Of a DNA stretch of 64,000 nt, positions 15,508 through 25,795 are shown piece by piece. The stretch spans positions 4,002-68,001 of the forward strand of contig JBHIBS010000001.1 of NCBI GenBank assembly GCA_046759165.1, given 5' to 3'. A program made the translations under genes and the position numbers. This DNA is from a bacterium. GTDB lineage: Bacteria > UBA6262 > WVXT01. The first letter of the stretch is position 1, and every line of letters begins with the position of its first letter. The notes beneath the pieces were generated by a model. It was given only the letters and a program-made list of their open reading frames with translations. It was not told the origin of the DNA and made no database searches.

Positions 15508-16896
15508 CTATTTAAGATTATCTTCTACTAAGCTTTTTAACTCTTGCAAATTGGGTAGGGTATTAGCATCGGCAAGGTAAATTCCACGCTGAGTTCCTTC
15601 CCTCCAAGCTAAATATAATACCTTCTCCTGAGTGGGTGAGAATACGGGGTTTGTATTTCCATAGTGTTTTTCACTTACAATTTTATGTTTATTTCGACCA
15701 TTAATATCAACTATATAGATTCCTTTCCAACCGAACAATGCTTCACCAGGCGTTCGGCGGTGAGGTTTACCACTGCTCAAGAATAGTATCTTCTTTCCAT
15801 CTGGAGAGAAGGATGGGAATTTATTATAGGACTTATCACTCACAATACACTTCTCATTTCTTCTTCTAATGTCATACGTATAGATTCCGCTATTATCCAG
15901 CGCATCAATCCTCCCATCTTTATTAGTATCTCTACGCCTGCTTAAATAGACGATTTTAGTCCCGGCCGGGGAAAAAACGGGAAAAGAGTTACTGTATCTA
16001 TCACTTGCAATCTCCTGTTCATTTCTGCCATCACTATCTATAATATATATAGCACTATTATCACGCAGATCAATCCGGCCGTCCCTGTTAGTATCTCTTC
16101 TCCAGCAGGCATAAACTATCTCTTGACCATCGGATGAAAAAGAAGGAAAAGTGTTATCGTATTCAGCGCTGACTATTTCTTTTTCATTTTTACCATCGAT
16201 ATCTATCGTATAGATTCCGCTATTGTACCCTCGCCAGCTGACAAATAGAATCTTATCGCCATCCGGAGAAAAGGAAGGGAACTTATTGTGGTACTGGTCA
16301 GAAACTATACATTTTTCATATCCTCCATGTAAGTCTTTTGCATATATTCCGGGATTATCAAGTAGATCGATCTTATCATCTGCATTAGTATCCCTTCGCC
16401 TGCTCAAATATACTATCTTGCTCCCATCTAGCGAGAAAGAGGGATAAGTATTCTGATAATCATCATTCACAATTTGTCTCTCGTTTTTTCCCTCTACATC
16501 AATTATGTAAATTCCAAAATTATCCTTTTGGTCAACCACGCCGTCGCCGTTAGTATCATGTCGAATGCTACAAAAGAGTATCTTGTTTCCATCCGCAGAA
16601 AATGCTGGAAAGGCATTGCGATATTCATCGGTTACAATTTTTTTCATACCAGTCAATTCACAGACTTTTTTAATCATCTCCTTTGACGGACCTAAGGTGA
16701 TTACTTCCCGAAGGGCGTTTTTTGTATTTGCAAGATCTCCATTATTAAGATAGGCCTCTGCTAAAAGATAGTAGGTGTTAATATCTTTTCTTTTGGAAAT
16801 TGCTATAGAAAACTGCTTAATGGCTTCATCAAAAAATCCCAATTTAAATAGTTCTTGCCCTCTGTTGACTTCCTTAATTTTTCCAAAAAAGCGCAT
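15508..16896 (-). CDS. TPR plus PD40/TolB-type beta-propeller repeat protein with Ca-binding-like DxNxDGxID loops
   Basis: N-terminal TPR-like helices, then seven or more repeats of about 45 aa (YxNxFPSFSPDGxKIxFxSxRRDTNxDGxIDxxDNxGIY). No signal peptide is evident. Confidence 0.6.
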   Translation of the reverse strand: MRFFGKIKEVNRGQELFKLGFFDEAIKQFSIAISKRKDINTYYLLAEAYLNNGDLANTKNALREVITLGPSKEMIKKVCELTGMKKIVTDEYRNAFPAFSADGNKILFCSIRHDTNGDGVVDQKDNFGIYIIDVEGKNERQIVNDDYQNTYPSFSLDGSKIVYLSRRRDTNADDKIDLLDNPGIYAKDLHGGYEKCIVSDQYHNKFPSFSPDGDKILFVSWRGYNSGIYTIDIDGKNEKEIVSAEYDNTFPSFSSDGQEIVYACWRRDTNRDGRIDLRDNSAIYIIDSDGRNEQEIASDRYSNSFPVFSPAGTKIVYLSRRRDTNKDGRIDALDNSGIYTYDIRRRNEKCIVSDKSYNKFPSFSPDGKKILFLSSGKPHRRTPGEALFGWKGIYIVDINGRNKHKIVSEKHYGNTNPVFSPTQEKVLYLAWREGTQRGIYLADANTLPNLQELKSLVEDNLK

Positions 16897-16911
16897 GGAG
16901 CTACCCTACAT

Positions 16912-17280
16912 TTAGTAGGTATAATCCGTGTTTACAATAAAAGCATCTTTGATAAGTTCTATGTGATCCGGATAGACAGAAACTACGTCAAATCTAAGAT
17001 CTTGCCTATATATCTTCTTTTCTTTTAGATATGTTAAAGCTACTTTAGCAAGCTTCTTTTGTTTATGCCAGTCTATTGCCTGTTCAGGTAGACCGTATTC
17101 TTTTGTCTTTCGCGTCTTGACTTCCACAAAACAAAGAACGTTTTTGTCTTTAGCAACGATATCGATCTCACCTAGAGAACAACGGTAATTCCTCTCCATA
17201 ATTTTATATCCTTGCTTTTTTAAGAATTCTACAGATATGTTTTCTCCCCTTTTACCTAAATTTATTCTTTCGTTACTCAT
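16912..17280 (-). CDS. yraN: YraN family endonuclease (UPF0102)
   Basis: GExIAxxYLxxxGYxIxxRNxR...GEIDIVAxD...VEVKxR signature; 122 aa; overlaps the rplS start by 8 nt. Confidence 0.85.
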   Translation of the reverse strand: MSNERINLGKRGENISVEFLKKQGYKIMERNYRCSLGEIDIVAKDKNVLCFVEVKTRKTKEYGLPEQAIDWHKQKKLAKVALTYLKEKKIYRQDLRFDVVSVYPDHIELIKDAFIVNTDYTY

Positions 17281-17635
17281 TTAGTCTCCTATCTTTAACT
17301 CGAGCAGCTTTACCTGTTTTCTTACGTAAATAATACAGTTTTGCCCGCCGAACCCTTCCTTTCTTAATAACATTTATCTTTTCAATCTGGGGAGAATGGA
17401 GAGGAAAGATCCTTTCCACTCCTATACCATAAGAAAGCTTCCGGACGGTGAAAGTTTGACTTACGGCTCTTCCTGAACGGCTAATCACCACCCCCTCAAA
17501 GGTGTGAACCCTTTCGCTCCCGCCTTCGAAAAATTTTGAAATGACCCGCACTGTATCCCCCACGCTGAACTGTGGTAGGTCCTTTTTTAGCATCCCACCA
17601 GTTACTTTGTTCGCCAAACTATCCATAAACCCCAC
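17273..17635 (-). CDS. rplS: 50S ribosomal protein L19
   Basis: VGDTVRV...FEGVVI...TFTVRK...[11 protein letters not shown]...[10 protein letters not shown]; follows trmD as in the conserved operon. Confidence 0.9.
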   Translation of the reverse strand: MGFMDSLANKVTGGMLKKDLPQFSVGDTVRVISKFFEGGSERVHTFEGVVISRSGRAVSQTFTVRKLSYGIGVERIFPLHSPQIEKINVIKKGRVRRAKLYYLRKKTGKAARVKDRRLNE

Positions 17636-17696
17636 CCTTACATAACCACAAGTTTATCTATTCGCATCCTCAGGAAGTGATCGAGTTGCAACCGTA

Positions 17697-18452
17697 TCAC
17701 TTTGTTTTTCTTCTAAGTTCCTCTAAGACTTTTTGATCTTCCGCAGAAAGCCTTATTTTTTCTAAAAGATCTGGTTTTTTCTTCAAAGTGTTTTCTAGCG
17801 ATTTTTGTCTTCGCCACTTTCTAATTCGGCTATGGTTACCTGATAGAAGAAGGGCGGGAACAGACTTTCCTCTAAACCTTCGGGGACGAGTGTAATGCGG
17901 ATAATCTAATAATCCCTGGTAAAAGGAATCGTTCTCAAAAGACTCCCTTTTATTTAAAACCCCTGACAATAGCCTTACCAAGGAATCGATAATCACCATT
18001 GCCGGCAATTCTCCACCCGTCAAAACATAATCGCCAATTGAAACCTCATCAGTAATTAAGTTCTCCTTGACTCGCTCGTCCACTCCCTCATAATGCCCAC
18101 AGATAAAGAGCAAGTGCTCCTCCCGTGAAAGTTCCTTTGCTTTATCCTGGTCGAAGGTTTCTCCTTGAGGAGTCAAAAGAATAATGCGAACTCTAGGTTT
18201 TGCCTTTGCACTGCCCACGATTTTTTCCACAGCCCGAAATATAGGCTCGGGTTTCAAAACCATCCCGGCCCCACCACCATAAGAATAATCGTCCACAATG
18301 GAGTGTTTATTTAAAGCAAAGTCACGCAAATTATGTATGCTAATCTTAACAATGTTTTTCTGTTGCGCCCGTTTTAAGATACTTTCCTGAATTATCCCTT
18401 CGAACATTCGTGGAAATATAGTTATTACATCGACTTGCATCTTTGTCTTCAA
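17697..18452 (-). CDS. trmD: tRNA (guanine37-N1)-methyltransferase TrmD
   Basis: SPOUT fold motifs (DDYSYGGGAGMV, CGHYEGVDERV); lies between rimM and rplS. Confidence 0.93.
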   Translation of the reverse strand: MKTKMQVDVITIFPRMFEGIIQESILKRAQQKNIVKISIHNLRDFALNKHSIVDDYSYGGGAGMVLKPEPIFRAVEKIVGSAKAKPRVRIILLTPQGETFDQDKAKELSREEHLLFICGHYEGVDERVKENLITDEVSIGDYVLTGGELPAMVIIDSLVRLLSGVLNKRESFENDSFYQGLLDYPHYTRPRRFRGKSVPALLLSGNHSRIRKWRRQKSLENTLKKKPDLLEKIRLSAEDQKVLEELRRKTK

Positions 18453-18992
18453 TTATAGTCCCTCGGGAAAATCGATTATCATTCTTTTCTTATTAATGTT
18501 TATTTCCTTAACCCATTTTCTTAAGGCGGGAAACAGAGTTTCTTTGCTGTCCTCTTTGATTACATAGATATCGTTTGCCCCTGTAGCAAAGATATCCACA
18601 ATTTTTCCAAGCCTGCGAAGGCCTATTTTGTCTTCCGTAAAAACTTCCATTCCCATTAAATCTCGAACATAATAGACTCCCCTCTCTAAGGGAAGTCTCT
18701 TGCAAGCAACCTTATATTTCTTTATCTGATCTGCCTGACTTATAGTATCATATCCAGCAAATTTCAGGATAATGAATCCCTTCTGTTCTCTCATGCCAAC
18801 TATCTGGGCTTCCTTTTTCTCCCCATATGGGCTCACTAAATAGACATTCTTCATAGTTTCTAAAAGACCCCTTCGACCTCTTGCGACGAAGCTTGACAGG
18901 GGCAGGTAGGAAATAAGTCTCACTTCACCTTTGCGTCCCTGTATATTAATGATCTCTCCCAAAAAGACTAAGTTTTTATCATTTTCTTCCAT
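18453..18992 (-). CDS. rimM: 16S rRNA processing protein RimM
   Basis: RimM N-terminal beta-barrel (G.I....G.KGEVR) and PRC barrel; operon position. Confidence 0.85.
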   Translation of the reverse strand: MEENDKNLVFLGEIINIQGRKGEVRLISYLPLSSFVARGRRGLLETMKNVYLVSPYGEKKEAQIVGMREQKGFIILKFAGYDTISQADQIKKYKVACKRLPLERGVYYVRDLMGMEVFTEDKIGLRRLGKIVDIFATGANDIYVIKEDSKETLFPALRKWVKEININKKRMIIDFPEGL

Positions 18993-19235
18993 TTATTTAA
19001 TGACCTCGAGCGTGACTCGATGCCCCGACTTCACTGAGCCAGCATTAAGCAATGTGCGAAGTGCCTTAATAGTCCTTCCCTGTTTACCGATTACTTTACC
19101 TATGTCTTGCTTTGCTGTGGAGAGCTCCAAAATTATATTTTGTTCTCCTTTTACTTCTTTAACTTTGACCTCTTTGGGGTTATCTACTAATTTTTTAACT
19201 ATATAAAGAACCAGTTCTTTCAACTTTTTCTCCAA
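18993..19235 (-). CDS. KH domain RNA-binding protein (YlqC/UPF0109 family)
   Basis: 80 aa containing VIGKQGRTIKALR (GxxG KH motif); lies between rpsP and rimM as in Firmicutes. Confidence 0.85.
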   Translation of the reverse strand: MEKKLKELVLYIVKKLVDNPKEVKVKEVKGEQNIILELSTAKQDIGKVIGKQGRTIKALRTLLNAGSVKSGHRVTLEVIK

Positions 19236-19271
19236 AAAATCACATAATAGTGAGTATTTGATGCCTAATAA

Positions 19272-19520
19272 TTATTCCTTTTCCCTGCGAATTTTCAATA
19301 GACTCTTTACTGTTGGTGAAAGCAACGCACCCTTCTCTATCCAAGCCCTAATCTTTTCTTGCAAGAAAGTGACCTTCTCCCTGCCCCCCCCGCAGGGGTT
19401 GTAATGTCCAAGAATTTCTAATACTCGTCCATCCCTTCTCTTTCTCGAATCAACTGCCACAATAGTGTAGAAGGGACGCTTGTGTGTCCCGATTCTCTTC
19501 AATCTAATCATTATTGACAT
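19272..19520 (-). CDS. rpsP: 30S ribosomal protein S16
   Basis: MSIMIRLKRIGTHKRPFYTIVAVDSRKRRDGRVLEILGHYNP; GGGAGG RBS 5 nt upstream of this ATG. The ORF-track start further upstream is unlikely to be the true start. Confidence 0.88.
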   Translation of the reverse strand: MSIMIRLKRIGTHKRPFYTIVAVDSRKRRDGRVLEILGHYNPCGGGREKVTFLQEKIRAWIEKGALLSPTVKSLLKIRREKE

Positions 19521-19573
19521 GTTTCCTCCCTTTGAGATCAGCAACAATAAAATCCCAGTTTTTCTCTCGTCAT

Positions 19574-20254
19574 TTACTTACTGGCGGCTCTCCTCTGAGA
19601 GAGGTCGCACAATTTGCGAAGATTCTCAATTGCTTTCCTGGGATTGGGTGAGCCGAAAATATACTCACCAGCGACCAGAATATTTGCGCCGCTATCTATT
19701 GCGGACTGCGCAGTTTCAAGATTGATTCCACCGTCAACTTGAATATCTACATCGAGTCGACTTTTTAAAATGTAGTCCCGGAGCTGAGCAATCTTGGGTA
19801 AGACAGAACTAATGAACGTCTGCCCCCCATAGCCCGGCTCTACTGTCATCAACAGGGCCATATCGATTTGATTTAAGTGCTCCAACAAAGACTCAATGGG
19901 CGTCTGGGGATTGAGAGCCACTCCAACTTCCAATCCCTCCTTTTTAATTGCTTTAATTTCCTCTCTAAGATTAATACAAGCTTCTGAGTTAACTGTAATA
20001 ATTTTTGCTCCAGCCTGAGCAAAGACAGATATAAATTTCTCAGGATTCTCTATCATCAGGTGGACGTCGAGTGGAAGTTTGGTTATCCCCTTTATGGAAC
20101 TGACGACCCTAGGTCCAAAGGAAATATTGGGAACGAAGTGACCATCCATAATATCGAGATGTAACATATCAGCTCCCGCTTCTTCTATAAGCGAAATCAA
20201 CTCCTTTAAGTTAGTAAAGTCGCAGCTTAGAATAGAAGGAGCAATCCTAATCAC
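19574..20254 (-). CDS. rpe: Ribulose-phosphate 3-epimerase
   Basis: IAPSILSCDF...LHLDIMDGHFVPN...DVHLM TIM-barrel signature. Confidence 0.93.
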   Translation of the reverse strand: MIRIAPSILSCDFTNLKELISLIEEAGADMLHLDIMDGHFVPNISFGPRVVSSIKGITKLPLDVHLMIENPEKFISVFAQAGAKIITVNSEACINLREEIKAIKKEGLEVGVALNPQTPIESLLEHLNQIDMALLMTVEPGYGGQTFISSVLPKIAQLRDYILKSRLDVDIQVDGGINLETAQSAIDSGANILVAGEYIFGSPNPRKAIENLRKLCDLSQRRAASK

Positions 20255-21270
20255 AATTCTATCTCCTCTACCAGAATACTGTTAACAAATATTCTCGCTT
20301 TTGCTTTCCCCAAAACTTGTATGGGCAATGAAATCTTCGTCCCAGGAGAATGCATTTTATGGTACACTTCCCTTTCACCTTGGCCATCCACTACCACAAT
20401 GAGAACATCCTTATCTAAAACTCCCTGGGAAACCTCATAATATATCATTGCTTCACGGATTATTTTGTGCACTGCGCTTTTCTTTGCTACAGTTACTTTG
20501 ACTATAGTATCTTCATCGATGATTTCATCCCAGTGAGGTTCTTGTTTTAAAATAGTCCCTTCGGGAACGTTATCATTTACAGTTTCTTTAATTTCACCTA
20601 GGGGTAAATTCATATCTCGCAATATCTTCCGGGCGCTGCGAATATTTTGGCCAAGCAGATTGACCATTAAAGGCACCTCTGCTTCTCTGGCTGGACCAAG
20701 ACTTACTACCAGATTAATCATGCTTCCCCTAGCAACGATCTCTTCAGGTGAAGGATCTTGCGCTATTACAAAGTCTTTTTTTATCTCCTCCGAGTAAATT
20801 CCTGTCTCCTCGCCCAGAACCAATCCTGCCTGACGGAGGAGAATCTTTGCCTCGCGTAGAGACTTCCCTACAAGCTGAGTAACGAAGATAACCTGACCGC
20901 CAGAACTAACGGTAACTTTAATAACTTTTCCTTCCTTCACTACCGACCCTGGCAGCGGCTCCTGGAAAATAATACTGCCATCTGGTATATTCTCATTATA
21001 TTGTTCACCAACTTTCTTAATATATAAGTCCTGGTCACTTAAAATCTGGAGAGCCTGCCCCACAGTCTTTCCGGTCAGATCAGGAACCATAACCTCTTTC
21101 TTCTGATGAACAACTACCCCCATCAGTTGGTTGAAGATGAGAATTCCAAATACTATAGAGGCGGAAGTAGCCAGAATGAGCTTAATAAATTTTTTTATCC
21201 CCTGTTGGAGAGAAAAAAAACCAAGTAAGATAACAGAAATTAGAATTAGAATCCCTAATATTACTTTCAT
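20251..21270 (-). CDS. PASTA-domain protein (N-terminal TM helices plus three or four PASTA repeats, no kinase domain)
   Basis: Repeats of about 65 aa (VPDLTGKTVGQALQIL..., VTQLVGKSLREAKILL..., VPLMVNLLGQNIRSARKIL...) typical of PASTA. No Ser/Thr kinase motifs are present. Confidence 0.7.
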   Translation of the reverse strand: MKVILGILILISVILLGFFSLQQGIKKFIKLILATSASIVFGILIFNQLMGVVVHQKKEVMVPDLTGKTVGQALQILSDQDLYIKKVGEQYNENIPDGSIIFQEPLPGSVVKEGKVIKVTVSSGGQVIFVTQLVGKSLREAKILLRQAGLVLGEETGIYSEEIKKDFVIAQDPSPEEIVARGSMINLVVSLGPAREAEVPLMVNLLGQNIRSARKILRDMNLPLGEIKETVNDNVPEGTILKQEPHWDEIIDEDTIVKVTVAKKSAVHKIIREAMIYYEVSQGVLDKDVLIVVVDGQGEREVYHKMHSPGTKISLPIQVLGKAKARIFVNSILVEEIEL

Positions 21271-21295
21271 CAGTTGACCTTTAACGATAAGCTCT

Positions 21296-22669
21296 TCACA
21301 TTCTTACCATCCGACATGCAAACATGCCATCCATGTGGTGGCGATGAGGATAAATCTTCAAGAAACCATTTTCATCAACAACCTCTTCTTTAGAAACAGG
21401 AAGATAGGGCTTAACTGATTCCAGATGGAATAATGGTCTCTCTTTTAAGAATTTCTCAATAACTTTCTCGCCCTCTTCCGGTTCCAAACTGCAGACTACA
21501 TAAACTAAAACACCTTTTGGTTTAACGCATAAAGAGACCTCATCTAAAATTACAGATTGCAACTGCGGCATTTTGACCAGAGTCTCCCGATAATCTCTAT
21601 TCCAACGAACCTCCGGCTGACTCTGGATAATTCCCAGACTGGAGCAAGGGACATCCACAAGGCATCGGTCAACTTTTTTAGAATAAACCGAACTGGCCTT
21701 AGATGCATCCAAAAGCTCCACTTTCACATTGGTTACTCCCAAGCGCATACAGTTTTCTTTAATCATCTCCAATCGAGGTTTACGGATATCTAAAGCAATA
21801 ATTGAACCCCTATTTTTCATAAGTTCTGCCATATGTGTAGTTTTTCCGCCCGGGGCCGCACAAGCGTCCAACACAGTCTCCCCAGGCCTGGGTGCAAGAA
21901 TATAACTGATGAGTTGAGAACTCTCTCCCTGGACAGTAAATAGCCCCTTCCTAAAAGATTCCAATTGAGTCAGAGAGATAAAATCTCTTATTTTCAGTCC
22001 CCTAGGAGCAACTGAGCTCACCTCCACTTTCAAATCTTCATCTTCCAGGGCACGGATAAGATCTTCCCGGGTAGTTTTCAGTGTGTTTGTGCGAATAGAA
22101 AGGGGGGGTGCTTGATTATTGACTTCGCATAACTGAATTGTTTCCTTTTCGCCGAATCGCGACAGCCACCGTGTAATTAACCATTGTGGATGAGAGTACC
22201 TTATGGAAAGATAGTGGGATAGATTTTTTTGTTGGTCAGGATAGATAATATTTTCTATATTATCACTAACTGCACGTAGTACTGCATTGACCAGTGAAAC
22301 GATACCGCTGTGTTCAAATTCCTTGCTCATCTCCACTGTCTCGTTAATTGCTGCGTAGGCAGGAATCCTATCGAGATACATTAACTGATAAGCTCCCAAC
22401 CTCAAAATATTTCTCACATAGGGGGAGAACTCTTCTATCTTTCGCTTTAAGCTATAGGTATTCAATACCCAATCTAAAGTGTTGAGACGGCGAATCACCC
22501 CATAGATCAATTCGGTAACTAGTGCCCTATCCTCTTTTGATAATTCGTGAGACGAGAGTGCACTATCTAAAGCAACTCTGCTATAGGCATTTTTTGCCTC
22601 AATCTTGTATAGGACTTCTAAAGCAATTCTCCTAGCTGACAATTTCATTTTTTCCCCACATATCACCAA
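21296..22669 (-). CDS. rsmB: 16S rRNA (cytosine967-C5)-methyltransferase RsmB/Sun
   Basis: NusB-like N-terminus, SAM motif DACAAPGGKT, catalytic PCSSLG; follows fmt. Confidence 0.9.
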   Translation of the reverse strand: MVICGEKMKLSARRIALEVLYKIEAKNAYSRVALDSALSSHELSKEDRALVTELIYGVIRRLNTLDWVLNTYSLKRKIEEFSPYVRNILRLGAYQLMYLDRIPAYAAINETVEMSKEFEHSGIVSLVNAVLRAVSDNIENIIYPDQQKNLSHYLSIRYSHPQWLITRWLSRFGEKETIQLCEVNNQAPPLSIRTNTLKTTREDLIRALEDEDLKVEVSSVAPRGLKIRDFISLTQLESFRKGLFTVQGESSQLISYILAPRPGETVLDACAAPGGKTTHMAELMKNRGSIIALDIRKPRLEMIKENCMRLGVTNVKVELLDASKASSVYSKKVDRCLVDVPCSSLGIIQSQPEVRWNRDYRETLVKMPQLQSVILDEVSLCVKPKGVLVYVVCSLEPEEGEKVIEKFLKERPLFHLESVKPYLPVSKEEVVDENGFLKIYPHRHHMDGMFACRMVRM

Positions 22670-23600
22670 CTGTTAGTCGGGCACCCTGAAGATAATCATA
22701 AGCCCTCTGGATAGGCTTACCTTCTGGCTGAACCCGAGTAACCAGAAGGCCTCCTTCCCCGCAGGCAACTACAAATCCTTCTCCCTTTCTAATTTCCACA
22801 ATCTCTCCTGGCTTAGGAAGATCTCCCTTGTTAGCCTCAACGGGTAGTGGCGTAATCTTGGCTTCCAATATCTTCACTTTCTTTCCACCATTTACTTTAA
22901 TGTAAGTTCCGGGCCATGGATTCAGGGCCCGAATTCGATTGAGTATCTTGCCAGATGAGTCATTCCAATTAATTTTGCCATTTCTTTTCTTCAAGAAAGG
23001 CGCATAACTGATGCCAGAGTTATTCTGAGGATGAGCAGAAACTCTACCCTCTCTTATCAAATTGAGTGTCTCTTCCAATAAAATGATCCCTACTTCGCAT
23101 AATTTGTTCAGTAAGCTCAAATAATTGTCATCGGGGTCTATGGAAATCTTTCTCTGTAAAATAATGTCTCCCGCGTCCACTTCTTCTTTCATAAAGATTG
23201 ATGATACTCCTGTATAAGAATCGCCGTTAACAAGCGCCCAGTGCACAGGAGCGGGGCCACGGTACTTGGGAAGCAGAGAAAAATGGATATTCACACAACC
23301 CTTCCTTGGAATACTCAGTACTTCGGACGACAAGACTTTTCCAAAGGCAACAACCACAATTAAATCTGGGTCTAACTCCCTAACACTTTTCACAAAATTG
23401 ATGTCGCCAATCCTCTCAGGTTGAAAGAGAGTAAAGTTTCTCTCCAAAGCAAATTTCTTTACTTCCGAGTATTCCAAACGGTGTCCCCGTCCACTAGGGC
23501 GATCTCCTTGGGTGACAATGGCTACAATTTCGTCACTCTCCATTATCTTTCTCAAGAACTGGACGGAAAAGTCAGGTGTTCCCATAAAAAAGATACGCAA
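22632..23600 (-). CDS. fmt: Methionyl-tRNA formyltransferase
   Basis: MRIFFMGTPDFSV N-terminus, HFSLLPKYRG, C-terminal Fmt domain. Confidence 0.93.
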   Translation of the reverse strand: MRIFFMGTPDFSVQFLRKIMESDEIVAIVTQGDRPSGRGHRLEYSEVKKFALERNFTLFQPERIGDINFVKSVRELDPDLIVVVAFGKVLSSEVLSIPRKGCVNIHFSLLPKYRGPAPVHWALVNGDSYTGVSSIFMKEEVDAGDIILQRKISIDPDDNYLSLLNKLCEVGIILLEETLNLIREGRVSAHPQNNSGISYAPFLKKRNGKINWNDSSGKILNRIRALNPWPGTYIKVNGGKKVKILEAKITPLPVEANKGDLPKPGEIVEIRKGEGFVVACGEGGLLVTRVQPEGKPIQRAYDYLQGARLTVGDMWGKNEIVS

Positions 23601-23706
23601 CTTTTCCTCCTAGTCCCAGTTAGGCACTCCCGAGTTTGAGATAGCACGAAGTTACTTTTAATAATACCAGATTTTTTACCTTTATACAAATTTTTTATTC
23701 CCCCTC

Positions 23707-25701
23707 TCAAAGCACACTGAGAGGATCAACGTCGACATTAATCTCTACCCCTTTCCGGCCAAATCCAGGGTAGTGCCTCTGGAAAAATTCACCAATAGAC
23801 TTTATATCAGTGGTTTTGATAATAATCTGCCACCGGTATTTTCCTGCAATCTTATTTAGGACGGCCGGGCCAGGTCCCAGTATAGTGCCTTGATTAATCT
23901 CTCTTTTCAATAGAGAATTAATCTTCTCAGATGCTGCTATTACTTTTTCTTCGTCTTTTCCCTTTACCAAAATAATTACTAAGTTAGTAATGGGCGGATA
24001 GTTCAACTCTTTTCGAAATTCTATCTCCCTCTCGTAGAATGTGCGGTAATTATGCTTAAGTGCCATTTTTATGCTATAATGACCGGGATTGTAAGTCTGC
24101 ACGATAACCTCACCACCCTTGGGTCCTCGCCCGCTCCGTCCGGCGACCTGCGTAATTAGAGCGAAGGTTCTCTCTGCAGAGCGGAAATCTGGCAGATTTA
24201 AGGCTGTATCCGCTGAGATTATTCCAACCAGCGTAACATCCGGAAAATCCCACCCTTTGGCCACGAGCTGAGTACCCACCAAAATATCGACCTTTCGCTG
24301 GCGAAACGCATTAAATATTTTCTGTGCAGCGAACCTATAATGCATTGTGTCGATATCCATTCTCATAACTTTTGCTGGGGAAAACATCTTCTTCACTATC
24401 TGTTCTACTTTCTCAGTCCCAGTCCCAAAATAGCGAATTTTTCTACTGCCGCACTTAGGGCAGAATCTTGGCGCTTCATCGTGATGGTTACAATAGTGAC
24501 ACTTGACCTTTTTCTCGTCAAAATGGTAGACCATGGAAACGTTACAATTTGGACATTTTAACACAAAGCCACATTCTCGACATAAGATAAAAGTGGAATA
24601 TCCTCGCCGATTTAAGAAGAGGATAATCTGTTCACCTCTTTTTAGTCTCTCAGTAATGGCTTCAGAAAGTTTCAGAGAGAGGATGCCTTGATTGTTTCTC
24701 TCTCTCAGTTCTTCACGCATGTCAACTACATCTACTGAAGGAAGAGACTTCTCATATATCCTTTCCGGAAGAGTTAAAAGTCTATATGGTTTTACTCCCG
24801 TTAAGGCCCGATAGAAAGCCTCCAGAGAGGGAGTTGCTGAACCCAGGATCAGAGTTGCTCTCTCAAGCTCAGCTCTCTTCTCTGCTAATTCTCTGGTATG
24901 ATACAGAGGTCTCTTTTCCTGCTTGTAAGAAGTATCATGTTCCTCATCAATTATTATTAGGCCCAAATTTGGGAAAGGCGCAAAAATTGCTGACCTTGGT
25001 CCAATCATTACATCTATTTTCCCCTGGTAGGCGGATTGCCAAGTTCTATATCTCTCCCCCTGGGAAAGACGACTGTGCCAGAGGCCGATTCGACTGGATC
25101 CGAATCTCTCTTCAAAAATACTCAAGAATTGTGGGGTCAATGATATTTCGGGGACCAAAAATATGGACTGTCTTCCCACCTCCTGAGCTTGAGCTATACC
25201 CTGCAGATAGACCTCTGTCTTGCCACTGTCAGTTACCCCGTGGATAAGAAATACACTAAACTTTTTCTCTTTTATACTATTTTGAATCGGCTTTAGTATT
25301 CTCTTCTGCTGTGGAGATGGTATAAAGGCGGAAAAGACCTTCGGCTCTTGTTCTTTAATCTTTCCCCTTAGTTTTACGGGCCGAAAATTGTGGGGAAGTA
25401 TTGTATCCAGAGCCTGTCCGAGAGAACAGACATAATATTTGGATATCCACCTAGCCAGCTCTAATAGATGTGTAGAAATTAACGGCTCTTTATCAACGAC
25501 TTCGTCAATCATTTTTAGACCTTTTAGTTCCAACTTTGTTAAGCTATCTACAATATATCCTATCCTTTCTTTGGTTCCAAAAGGTGCCATTACTCTTCTT
25601 CCTACCAGTCTTTCCGACTCGAGTTCAATCGGAAGCGAATAGTGGAAAATTCTATTAAAGGGCATAGGAAAAACAACCGACACGCATCTTTGTATAGCCA
25701 T
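23707..25701 (-). CDS. priA: Primosomal protein N' (PriA helicase)
   Basis: GVTDSGKTEVYLQ Walker A, DEEHD box, four-Cys zinc-binding CxxC pairs, C-terminal helicase domain. Confidence 0.93.
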   Translation of the reverse strand: MAIQRCVSVVFPMPFNRIFHYSLPIELESERLVGRRVMAPFGTKERIGYIVDSLTKLELKGLKMIDEVVDKEPLISTHLLELARWISKYYVCSLGQALDTILPHNFRPVKLRGKIKEQEPKVFSAFIPSPQQKRILKPIQNSIKEKKFSVFLIHGVTDSGKTEVYLQGIAQAQEVGRQSIFLVPEISLTPQFLSIFEERFGSSRIGLWHSRLSQGERYRTWQSAYQGKIDVMIGPRSAIFAPFPNLGLIIIDEEHDTSYKQEKRPLYHTRELAEKRAELERATLILGSATPSLEAFYRALTGVKPYRLLTLPERIYEKSLPSVDVVDMREELRERNNQGILSLKLSEAITERLKRGEQIILFLNRRGYSTFILCRECGFVLKCPNCNVSMVYHFDEKKVKCHYCNHHDEAPRFCPKCGSRKIRYFGTGTEKVEQIVKKMFSPAKVMRMDIDTMHYRFAAQKIFNAFRQRKVDILVGTQLVAKGWDFPDVTLVGIISADTALNLPDFRSAERTFALITQVAGRSGRGPKGGEVIVQTYNPGHYSIKMALKHNYRTFYEREIEFRKELNYPPITNLVIILVKGKDEEKVIAASEKINSLLKREINQGTILGPGPAVLNKIAGKYRWQIIIKTTDIKSIGEFFQRHYPGFGRKGVEINVDVDPLSVL

Positions 25702-25795
25702 AAGTAGGTCTCTCCGCCCTCGATTTAAAGGATAGTTTGTAGAGAGCTTTTCTAATTTTAGCCAAAAAACGGAGGTTGAAGCCTGGGGCTACGTA

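Noticed and set aside
15700-16700. Periodic DNA repeats that could be mistaken for a CRISPR-like or tandem-repeat array
   Set aside because: The roughly 135-bp periodicity corresponds to the PD40 blade repeats of a continuous 462-aa ORF. There is no spacer-repeat architecture, and no CRISPR array was found anywhere in the window.
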